From Candidatus Versatilivorator sp. (lineage in GTDB: Bacteria > Acidobacteriota > Terriglobia > Versatilivoradales > Versatilivoraceae): DNA of 64,000 nucleotides. The stretch is taken from contig OZ242296.1 of assembly GCA_965207735.1 (NCBI GenBank), positions 5,152,001-5,216,000 on the forward strand. The letters run 5' to 3'. Below the pieces are notes generated by a model. The model searched no databases. It worked only from the letters and a program-made list of their open reading frames with translations, and had not been told where the DNA came from. Of the stretch, positions 50,559 to 58,927 are shown piece after piece. Positions within the stretch are counted from its first letter, which is position 1. The number at the start of each line of letters is the position of its first letter. Made by a program: the position numbers and the translations under genes.

Positions 50559-50628
50559 TGTTTCACCTTTCTGCCGCGCCTGGACGACGGACCTCGGGAG
50601 CGGGTAGCGGATCGTCCCGGCTGCCGGG

Positions 50629-51354
50629 TTACAGGAAGGTCCGCTCCATCAGATTCAGGAACTCCAGAGAGAAGTCGTCCATGGCGGAGCCGAACTCCTT
50701 GAGGTGGTGGACGAAATAGTTGTAGGCGATCACCGCCGGAATGGCTGCAAAAAGACCGGCCGCGGTCGCGATGAGAGCCTCCGAGATGCCGGGGGCTACG
50801 GCGCGGATGGTGGCCGCCCCCTCCATGCCCAGGCCGGCAAAGGCGTCGATGACGCCCAGCACCGTTCCGAACAGCCCGATAAAGGGGGCCACCGAGGCCG
50901 TGGTGGCCAACCAGCTCATATTGCGCTCCAGCTTGGTCAGTTGCACCGAGGAGGCTCGGGACAGCGCCCTTTGAATGACGTTGATGGTCTTGAGCGTTGG
51001 AGACGGGGCGGGGCGGCCACCGTCGGGTTGGCTCATCAACTGGGCTTCCAGTTCCTCGTAGCCGGCCAGAAAGACCTCGACCAGGGGAGTGTTCCTCAGG
51101 GATTCGCAAGCCGCGCTGATTTCGGAAAAGCGCTTACTCTTCCGAAAGATACGCAGAAAGGCTTCCGAGTCGGTGCGCAGCTTCCTTAAATAGAAGTATT
51201 TCTTGAAGGTGATCGCCCAGGAAAATATCGAGAAGAATACCAGGACCAGCAGGACGCCCTTGGCCAGGGGACCAGACTGAAGGATCAACTTCAACAAGTC
51301 CATCTCGGCTCCCTGCGCAAGCACAGGGAGCAGACCGCCCGGATCTATCGTCAA
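50629..51354 (-). CDS. tolQ: TolQ/ExbB
   Basis: LATTASVAPFIGLFGTVLG; VAPGISEALIATAAGLFAAIPAVIAYN. Confidence 0.94.
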   Translation of the reverse strand: MTIDPGGLLPVLAQGAEMDLLKLILQSGPLAKGVLLVLVFFSIFSWAITFKKYFYLRKLRTDSEAFLRIFRKSKRFSEISAACESLRNTPLVEVFLAGYEELEAQLMSQPDGGRPAPSPTLKTINVIQRALSRASSVQLTKLERNMSWLATTASVAPFIGLFGTVLGVIDAFAGLGMEGAATIRAVAPGISEALIATAAGLFAAIPAVIAYNYFVHHLKEFGSAMDDFSLEFLNLMERTFL

Positions 51355-51601
51355 ACAAGTCCCCCAGCGTTTTCCTGGACAGCCGGAATGAACTTCGTCC
51401 CAACCGTGTTGTGGCGGAAGTTACCATAGACCTCTCAGGGTCGTCAACCGTGCTCCGGACCCAAATCGAGGACCGCCAGGACGGTGATTTCATGGGTTTG
51501 ATGACGGGGCCGCCGGATCGGTCTCCGCCTTGTGAGTTCTATGGTACACTCAGCCCTCCTCAAGCCGATTCCACGATTTCAGACCGGCTCCCGTCCGCCT
51601 T

Positions 51602-53302
51602 ATGCTGAAGTTCCTCGAAATACGCGATTTCGCCTTGGTCGACCATCTCTCCCTGCAGTTCCGGGAGGGATTGAACCTGTTGACGGGGGAGACAGGTTCG
51701 GGCAAGTCGATCATCGTCGATGCCCTGGGTTTGCTGGCGGGAGCCAAGGCGCGGGTCGAAATGGTTCGTACCGGGTCCGGCAGAGCCTCGGTCTCGGGCT
51801 GCTTCGAGGGCGTGGAGGGGTTGCGCGGCCTGCTGGAGGCGAGCGGGCTCGAGTTCGATCCGGAGGAGGTGATCGTCAGGAGAGAGGTCGTTCCGGATGG
51901 CAGGGGACGAGCTTTCGTCAACAACCGGATGGTCCCGGTTGCCTTCCTGAGGAAGCTGGGGCCCCATTGTGTCGACATTCACGGGCAGAGCGACCAACAG
52001 TCCCTGTTCGGTCGCGATTCCCAGTTGCAGTGGCTCGATCTCTTCGGCGGCCATCGGGTCCCCCTGGCTGAAGTCGGAGGCCTCTTCGCCAGGCTGCAGC
52101 AGCGCCGGGAGCAGCTCCGGAGATTGAAATTGAGCGAGCAGGAGAGGTTGCGAGCTATCGATCTGATGTCGTTTCAGGTCGATGAAATCCGCAAGGCGGA
52201 ATTGTCCTCCCCCGATGAAGAATCTCAGCTTCTGGAGGAGCGACGGCTGCTCTCCAACGCGGACCGTCTGTTCCAGGCCTCTCATCAGGCCCATGCCCAC
52301 CTCTACGAATCGGAGGACTCGATAGGCGCCCGGCTCAGGCAGACCGGCCGGCTGCTGGAGGAGTTGGGCTCTTTGGACGCCCGCTGCCAGGGCCTTCAGG
52401 AGCAGTTTCAATCGGCTTGCATCAGCATAGAGGATGTCTCGCTGGCGTTGCGGGAGTATGCCTCCAGGATCGAGGTGGACCCCGCCCGGTTGGATCGGAT
52501 CGAGGGGCGTCTGGTTGAAATCGACCGTCTCAAGCGAAAGTACGGGGAATCGCTTGAGGCGGTCATGGCCTATGGCCAACGGATCGAAGCAGAACTGCAG
52601 GAACTGCAGGAAGCCGACCGCAGGGTCGAGGCTATCGAGAAGGAGCTGCAGGATCTGGAGAGCGACTATCTGAGTCGGGCCGGGTCACTCAGCCTCCGGC
52701 GAAAAAAGGCCGCCGGGAGACTCGAGCGCTCCATGGGCAACGAGTTGGGACAACTGGCCATGGAAAAAACCCGGTTCAGGGTGGCCTTCTCTTCCGTTTC
52801 CGGCCGTGGTGGGGACGGCTCAACCGGAGCGAGGATCCCGGGGACGGCGCGTGGGACCGACCTCATCGATTTCCTGATCAGCCCCAATCCGGGTGAAGAT
52901 CTGAAGGTCCTGGCCAAGATCGCCTCCGGCGGAGAGGTCTCGAGGATCATGTTGGCCTTGAAGACCATTCGTTCCATCGATGATCGGGGGAAAACGCTGG
53001 TCTTTGACGAGGTCGACAGCGGCATCGGTGGTCGGGCTGCCGACGTGGTGGGGCGGAAGCTCAAGGTCCTTTCCAAGGCCAACCAGGTATTGTGCGTGAC
53101 GCACCTCCCGCAGATTGCCTCCTATGCCGACAACCACTTTCACATAGAGAAGAGGGTGGAGAAAGACCGGACTGTGACCCGGGTCGTCCACCTCGACCGG
53201 GAGAGCCGCATTCGAGAAATTGCCCGCATGATCAGCGGGGAACGGGTGACCGACAGTGTCCTGACCCATGCCGCCGAGCTCCTGAAGAGCGCTTCCAACT
53301 GA
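51602..53302 (+). CDS. recN: DNA repair protein RecN
   Basis: LTGETGSGKSI, DIHGQ, ASGGEVSRIML, LVFDEVDSGIGG, VTHLPQIA. Confidence 0.97.
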   Translation: MLKFLEIRDFALVDHLSLQFREGLNLLTGETGSGKSIIVDALGLLAGAKARVEMVRTGSGRASVSGCFEGVEGLRGLLEASGLEFDPEEVIVRREVVPDGRGRAFVNNRMVPVAFLRKLGPHCVDIHGQSDQQSLFGRDSQLQWLDLFGGHRVPLAEVGGLFARLQQRREQLRRLKLSEQERLRAIDLMSFQVDEIRKAELSSPDEESQLLEERRLLSNADRLFQASHQAHAHLYESEDSIGARLRQTGRLLEELGSLDARCQGLQEQFQSACISIEDVSLALREYASRIEVDPARLDRIEGRLVEIDRLKRKYGESLEAVMAYGQRIEAELQELQEADRRVEAIEKELQDLESDYLSRAGSLSLRRKKAAGRLERSMGNELGQLAMEKTRFRVAFSSVSGRGGDGSTGARIPGTARGTDLIDFLISPNPGEDLKVLAKIASGGEVSRIMLALKTIRSIDDRGKTLVFDEVDSGIGGRAADVVGRKLKVLSKANQVLCVTHLPQIASYADNHFHIEKRVEKDRTVTRVVHLDRESRIREIARMISGERVTDSVLTHAAELLKSASN

Positions 53303-53504
53303 GAAGAGACACGGGTATGCCTTTGGTGGATTACTCGTTTTGAGAATCCACGTTTTCTGCCTAGGGTTAAGGCTCGACTTTGCCGGCGGCTTCCTGCATT
53401 CTTTAGTGACGGTTCACGCAAGTTTCCGGCGCGAGCCGACGGATTCCGGTTCCATCGGCTTTCCTGATCCGGCCGGCATGAACGGCCTTCATTCACCGTC
53501 GACC

Positions 53505-54830
53505 ATGGTCCAAGGCAAGAAGTTCTTCATCGAGACATTCGGTTGTCAGATGAATCATCACGACTCCGAGAAGGTCTCCGGCACCCTCGTGAAGATGGGA
53601 TACGTCCCCACCTCCAACGCAGCCGAGGCCGATCTGCTGCTGCTCAACACCTGCAATATCCGGGAGAAAGCCAACCAGAAGGTGTTCTCCCGCCTGGGAG
53701 CCGTCCGTCAAACCTATGGAGCTAAGCCTACCGCCAAGATCGGCCTGCTGGGTTGCATGGCGCAGATGGAGGGGAACTCGATCTTCAAGAAGGCGCCCAA
53801 GGTAGACCTGGTGGTCGGGTCCAGCAGTTACTCCTTTCTACCGGACCTGGTTACCAGGCTGGAGCAGGGAGAGCGGAAGGTGATCGACGTTTCCCAGGAC
53901 AGCGACCGATTGTTCGAAACCGAGGCCGGAACCCGGGAGAGTCCCTACAAGGCCTTCGTCACCATTATGGAGGGGTGCAACCGCTTTTGCTCCTTCTGCG
54001 TCGTTCCCTACACCCGGGGACCCGAGCGCAGCCGGCCCGGACGACACGTTCTGGCCGAAGTGGAGCGCTTGTCCTCCCAGGGGTTCAGGGAAATCACCCT
54101 GCTCGGTCAGACGGTCAACTCCTGGCGGGACCCTCTGGGAGAGATTGCCTCCTTCACCGACCTGCTGCGTCGAGTGGCGCAAATCGGGGGAATCCGGCGT
54201 GTGCGCTTCACCTCTCCCCATCCGAGCGACTTTCAGCCCGACATCGTCGAGGTGATCGAGTCGGTCCCCGAAGTCTGCAACCAGATTCATCTGCCCTTGC
54301 AGTCGGGCTCCACACCCGTTCTGCAGCGAATGAAGCGAGACTACACTCGCGAGCAATACCTGGAAAAGGTGGCCTTCCTGCAGCGCTCCAAGAGGGAGAT
54401 CGCCCTCTCCACCGACATCATCGTGGGGTTCCCTGGAGAGACCCAGCAGCAGTTCGAGGAGACGCTCTCGATGGTGGAGATGGTCGGATACGACTCCATG
54501 TATTCCTTCAAGTTCTCTCCCCGTCCGGGGACCGAGGCCTTCGCATTCCAGGATGGGATTCCTGAGGCGGAGAAGAGCCGCCGGCTGCAGGTCCTCCAGC
54601 AATTTCAACGCAAGATACAACTCGAGAAACATGCCCGTCTGGTGGGAAGACAATTCGAAGTCCTGGTCGACGGAAGCAGCCGGAGGGACAGCCAGGTGCT
54701 GGCGGGGCGAACGACTCAGAACAAGGTCGTCAACTTCAGCGGCCCTCCCGAATTGCTTGGCCGAATCGTGCCGGTGAGAGTGACTGGCTACGCCCCCAAC
54801 AGTTTGCAGGGAGAATTGGTTCGGTGCTAG
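53505..54830 (+). CDS. miaB: tRNA methylthiotransferase MiaB
   Basis: TFGCQMN..DSE, NTCNIREKA, CNRFCSFC radical-SAM motif, VPYTRG, TRAM domain. Confidence 0.95.
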   Translation: MVQGKKFFIETFGCQMNHHDSEKVSGTLVKMGYVPTSNAAEADLLLLNTCNIREKANQKVFSRLGAVRQTYGAKPTAKIGLLGCMAQMEGNSIFKKAPKVDLVVGSSSYSFLPDLVTRLEQGERKVIDVSQDSDRLFETEAGTRESPYKAFVTIMEGCNRFCSFCVVPYTRGPERSRPGRHVLAEVERLSSQGFREITLLGQTVNSWRDPLGEIASFTDLLRRVAQIGGIRRVRFTSPHPSDFQPDIVEVIESVPEVCNQIHLPLQSGSTPVLQRMKRDYTREQYLEKVAFLQRSKREIALSTDIIVGFPGETQQQFEETLSMVEMVGYDSMYSFKFSPRPGTEAFAFQDGIPEAEKSRRLQVLQQFQRKIQLEKHARLVGRQFEVLVDGSSRRDSQVLAGRTTQNKVVNFSGPPELLGRIVPVRVTGYAPNSLQGELVRC

Positions 54831-54879
54831 ACTGCATTCGGTGGGTGCAGCAGGGCCCTGGAGACCGAGGAGCTCGAGA

Positions 54880-55365
54880 ATGCAGATTGAAATGAAGATT
54901 CGAGGCTTGATGATGGATCCGGTCACCAATGTGCCCATCGTGATCCTGAAGGGGGCTGAGGGCAACGCCCTGTTGCCCATTTGGGTTGGCGTTTACGAGG
55001 CCAATGCCATTGCCCTGGAGATCGAAAAAATCTCCAGCCCGAGACCCATGACCCACGATCTGCTGAGAAACGTCCTGAACGGTTTGAGCTGTTCGGTGAT
55101 GAAGGTGGTGGTGAACCAGCTCAAGGACGATACCTTCTATGCCATCATCTGGCTGGAACGGGAAGGCCGCCTGATCTCGATCGACTCTCGCCCCAGCGAC
55201 GCCCTGGCTCTGGCGCTGCGCACGGATTCTCCGATTTTCGTTGAGGAAGAGGTCATCAAGACCTCCAAGGCAGCCTCGGCCGACAAGGAGAAGTCGGGCG
55301 ACGAGGAACTGAAGCGTTGGCTGGAGAATCTGAATGACGAGGACCTGGGCAAATACAAGATGTAG
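54880..55365 (+). CDS. Bifunctional nuclease (DUF151)
   Basis: LPIWVG..EA.AI, PRPMTHDL, IDSRPSDALALALR. Confidence 0.93.
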   Translation: MQIEMKIRGLMMDPVTNVPIVILKGAEGNALLPIWVGVYEANAIALEIEKISSPRPMTHDLLRNVLNGLSCSVMKVVVNQLKDDTFYAIIWLEREGRLISIDSRPSDALALALRTDSPIFVEEEVIKTSKAASADKEKSGDEELKRWLENLNDEDLGKYKM

Positions 55366-55474
55366 CCCGATTATCTTGCGCTGGTTGGCGTCAGGACTAT
55401 AATGGAGGACGTTTCCCAGAAGAATCCTGACCGATTCGGCGCAAACTCGCGCCGGGGTTTTTGAGGAGGAAGCC

Positions 55475-56104
55475 ATGAGACGATTACTCTCGGGCCTCTG
55501 TCGGTTCTGCGGCCGGATGGTTTTGGCGGCGGGCCTGTGCGTGCTGGTGGCCGGCTTGGTGGATGGACCTCACTCACCGCTTTCCGCCAACCAAAAGAAG
55601 TCAGCGGGCAAGTCCAAGAAGAAGGGCAAGAAAAACCGGCAGCCGGTGGAAGAGGCTGCGCCGGAGCCGGCGGTGGAGCAGGCCGATGTGCCCAAGCCGC
55701 CCCAGAATGACTTTACCGTTCAGGTTTACGACAAGATGGACGAAGCCGATCTGCAGACGGAGACGTTCACGGACCAGTATGAAATCGACCAGGTCAGCCA
55801 GGATGTGGAGGTGGTGATCACCTATTACAACTGGTCCCTTGGCAAGAAGGACTACTGGAATCGGCAGATCAGCGTCGACACCAAGTCGCCTTCGGGAGTC
55901 ATCGTCGAACACATCACCAAGAGCGGTTTTGGGGATTTGGGCTATGTGCCGGAAGGCAAAACCGTCACTACGGACGTCTATCGCAAGGAACAGGTGGTCG
56001 TCCGGGGGGACGTCGCCACCGCCCGGATGGTCGACAAGGAGATCGGAACCGAGGAGCAGGAACGATTCAAGTACCTGATGACCAAGTTCGTTCTGGACAA
56101 GTGA
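55475..56104 (+). CDS. Hypothetical secreted/membrane-anchored protein
   Basis: GAGGAGG RBS; hydrophobic N-terminus, Lys-rich patch; TATAAT at 55398-55403. Confidence 0.7.
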   Translation: MRRLLSGLCRFCGRMVLAAGLCVLVAGLVDGPHSPLSANQKKSAGKSKKKGKKNRQPVEEAAPEPAVEQADVPKPPQNDFTVQVYDKMDEADLQTETFTDQYEIDQVSQDVEVVITYYNWSLGKKDYWNRQISVDTKSPSGVIVEHITKSGFGDLGYVPEGKTVTTDVYRKEQVVVRGDVATARMVDKEIGTEEQERFKYLMTKFVLDK

Positions 56105-56149
56105 TCCCAACCTGAGAACCTCCGTCTGCCGTTGCTCTCCGATGTACCC

Positions 56150-57313
56150 ATGAAATATTCCTCCGCAAGGAGGATGCTTCTGCTTGTCCCGTTGCTGGTC
56201 CTGGCCATGCCGGTCCAGCTTCAGGCCAAGAAGCTCTTCCAAAAAGCGGCCAAGAGGCAGTTGAAGCTCTACCTGGTGGAGATCTGCGATTGGATCGAGA
56301 CCCAGGGCGCCGAGGAGTCCGAGTCCGCCGCCGGGACTTCGGCCGCTTCCATTCGGGCCCTGCTGGCCGGCTACGATCTGGCCGGAAGGCAAAAACGCTA
56401 CCTGAATGCAGCCTTGGAGTGGAGCGATCGGCTGATTGCGCAGCAGCAGCCGGTGCAGACAGCATCCGGCAAGCCGGGGGCATTGTGGGTCGGCCGGAAT
56501 GACGGCCTGCCCTTGAACTCGGCGGATTCCTGCCTGGCGGCGACTGCCCTGGCCCGGACCCATGTCTACGCGGACAAGTCCCGGAAGCGAACCTATCGCG
56601 AGGCTCTGGAACGGTACGCCCGGGTCCTGGTCGACGGTTACCGAGGGGTTGAGGCCAGGAAGGGTTGGGAGGGATCGAGTGGCTGGGTCATCGCCGGAGG
56701 CGAGGACGCGGGCGCCATCGCCATGGGAACTCTGGACGGCCGGCTCTCAGACCGACCTTCCACGGCTTCCACGGCGGCCGGCGGCCTGTTTTTTTCTCAG
56801 CTCTACGAGATCACCGAGAATCCGGAATACCGGCGCCTGGCGGCCGAGGCGGTGCGTTGGCTGATCCGCAGCCGGAGGCCCAATGGGCAGATCCCCTCCA
56901 TCCTGGACGGAACCGTCTCTTTGAAGGGCTCCCTGGGGGTCATCCCCTATTGGGCCGAGGCGGTTCAAGCCGCATTCTACCTGTTGGACGATCGGGATCT
57001 GACCGGTTGGATGCTGGTGGAGTTGGATCTCACCGTCCGCTGGCTGCTGAGGATCCGAAGCGAGCAGGGACTGTGGGGCGAAGGAGCCGAGCAAAGGGTC
57101 ACCACCAGTGTCGCCACCCTGCTGGCCTGGTTCTACCTGAACGCCGATTCGGACGAATCCATCCCGCCCACCCTCAATCCGCCCTGGAAGCTCTGGCTGA
57201 ATCCGGTTCACGCGCAGTCGTTCGGCGTGATGGTAGATGAGCCCGTCTCGGGCCTGGTGGGGATGACCGCGGCCGAGATGATCAAGCCGGGAATCACCTT
57301 CAGAAAAAAATAA
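56150..57313 (+). CDS. Secreted alpha/alpha-toroid (six-hairpin glycosidase-like) protein
   Basis: Signal peptide; repeated 'YE.T.NPEYR..A..AV.WL' type helices. Confidence 0.55.
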   Translation: MKYSSARRMLLLVPLLVLAMPVQLQAKKLFQKAAKRQLKLYLVEICDWIETQGAEESESAAGTSAASIRALLAGYDLAGRQKRYLNAALEWSDRLIAQQQPVQTASGKPGALWVGRNDGLPLNSADSCLAATALARTHVYADKSRKRTYREALERYARVLVDGYRGVEARKGWEGSSGWVIAGGEDAGAIAMGTLDGRLSDRPSTASTAAGGLFFSQLYEITENPEYRRLAAEAVRWLIRSRRPNGQIPSILDGTVSLKGSLGVIPYWAEAVQAAFYLLDDRDLTGWMLVELDLTVRWLLRIRSEQGLWGEGAEQRVTTSVATLLAWFYLNADSDESIPPTLNPPWKLWLNPVHAQSFGVMVDEPVSGLVGMTAAEMIKPGITFRKK

Positions 57314-57322
57314 GGCAAGCGG

Positions 57323-58588
57323 CTATCGCTCCGGTAGCTCCACCGCTCTGAGGTTTCGAAAGTCCAGGTTGGTTGTGGGGTCGTGGGCTTGCAGGCTAAA
57401 AGTGCCTCCCTCCAGTCGGGCTTCCTTCCTGGCGTTCTTTCCTTCGGCGCGACCGTCCACGAAGTCGCTGACCGGATAGCCGTTCACCCATACCGCGATG
57501 TGGCGGCCCTTGGCCGTGATCGTCTTGGTGAAGAACTCACCGTCATTTGGAATGACTCGCCGGGCGGGATGGTAGAAATAGAGGCCGCCCGTGCCGAAAT
57601 CCACCGGCTTGGTGCGATCGCCGCTTTCGAACTGGTTTCGAATCTGGGACTCGTAGCCTGTCCAGAATCCCCCCGAGTCACCGCGAAAAAAGACGCCGCT
57701 ATTGGGATGGGTGTCGGCGTCCGGCGCATTGGTCCGGATGTCGAGCTGGAATACGAAGTCCTTGAAGGTCTTTTCCGTTTCAAGTTGCCCCGCTCCCTTT
57801 TCCACGTGCATCAGTCCCTCTTTGACCGACCAATGGTGCGGCATCGGCTTGTTTGGCCGGTCCACCTTGCGCCAGCCCTTCAGGCTCTCGCCGTCGAACA
57901 GCGGACCCAGGCCCAGGGGTTTCAGCTTGAGGTTGCGGAATTCTATTTTCTTGCCCTGGTTGTACTGGAGGCCGATGTGCCCCGTCCGGTGGGCCTCGGT
58001 TCGGGCATCCAGGATCTGCTCGCCATTGAGCCGCACCAGGAAATGGTCGCCTTGAACCGTGATCTCATAGCTTTGCCAGAGGTCCGGGTCGGTGGCCACC
58101 GGTTTGGCCTGGATGTGGTTGACCAGGCTGCCGGTGGTATAGCTGGCGTGTGAATCGCAAATCTGGAGCTCGTATCCGGTTTGGTGAGGTTCCCCCTCCT
58201 TGAGGGACCGCAGAAAGACTCCGCTGTTGCCGTCGGCGGCAGTGCGATATTCCAGTTTCAGCAGATAGTCGGCGAATTGCGCATTGGTGGCCAACCACCC
58301 GGAGTCGCCGGAGGCAGCCGAGAGGACCCCGTCCTCGATCTGCCATGCAGCGCCTCCCATTGCCTTCCAGCCGAAAGTGGTCTCGCCGTCCCAAAGAAGG
58401 ATCCAGCCCTGGCTGACCTCCTCGGGAGTGAGGGTATTGGGCAGGGACCCGGTTTTCGGTGGGGACTCGGTCTGGGGAGGCGAAGTCTGCAGGGCCTCGC
58501 AAGCGAGCAGGAACAGCGTGCAGAAGCTCAATCCAATGGCGCCCATCCGGGAGCCTGTCCGTCGACTGCTTGCAAGCGGGTGGTTCAA
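57323..58588 (-). CDS. Tandem DUF1080 (3-keto-disaccharide hydrolase-like) lipoprotein
   Basis: AGGAGG RBS before TTG; lipobox LLAC; two domains with LWDG/LFDG, NSGVF.R, GYE.QI, G...LQ, FRNL. Confidence 0.88.
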   Translation of the reverse strand: MNHPLASSRRTGSRMGAIGLSFCTLFLLACEALQTSPPQTESPPKTGSLPNTLTPEEVSQGWILLWDGETTFGWKAMGGAAWQIEDGVLSAASGDSGWLATNAQFADYLLKLEYRTAADGNSGVFLRSLKEGEPHQTGYELQICDSHASYTTGSLVNHIQAKPVATDPDLWQSYEITVQGDHFLVRLNGEQILDARTEAHRTGHIGLQYNQGKKIEFRNLKLKPLGLGPLFDGESLKGWRKVDRPNKPMPHHWSVKEGLMHVEKGAGQLETEKTFKDFVFQLDIRTNAPDADTHPNSGVFFRGDSGGFWTGYESQIRNQFESGDRTKPVDFGTGGLYFYHPARRVIPNDGEFFTKTITAKGRHIAVWVNGYPVSDFVDGRAEGKNARKEARLEGGTFSLQAHDPTTNLDFRNLRAVELPER

Positions 58589-58601
58589 GTTTGACCTCCT
58601 G

Positions 58602-58643
58602 GAGTGAGGAATGATGAATGATGAGTGAGGAATGATGAATGAG
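58602..58643 (+). repeat. Heptamer tandem repeat (GARTGAK)x6
   Basis: GAGTGAG GAATGAT GAATGAT GAGTGAG GAATGAT GAATGAG. Confidence 0.85.
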
Positions 58644-58927
58644 GCCGTTCCCCTTGGGAGCGCGGGCCTCCGGCCCTACTGCTCCTGAAAGCACAGCTCC
58701 ACCGCCGGTCTCCCGGCGTGCCCGCCAACCCTGCCTTCTTGGACTCCTGACCGTAATCCATGCTTGAATGGCGCACTGAGAATTGTGGTTGGCTGCCGCG
58801 GCGCCGAGTCGAACGGGAGGGCGCATGATACCATAGTCACCGGTTATCCTTTCCGCTTGGTGCCCCGATGAGAATTGGGGGCCGGGGTCACGCTAAAAGG
58901 CGGTTCCTTCCGCGAACGATTCGGTCC

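Noticed and set aside
51360-51600. LexA box upstream of recN
   Set aside because: No convincing match to CTGT-N8-ACAG, GAAC-N4-GTTC or GTTC-N7-GTTC.
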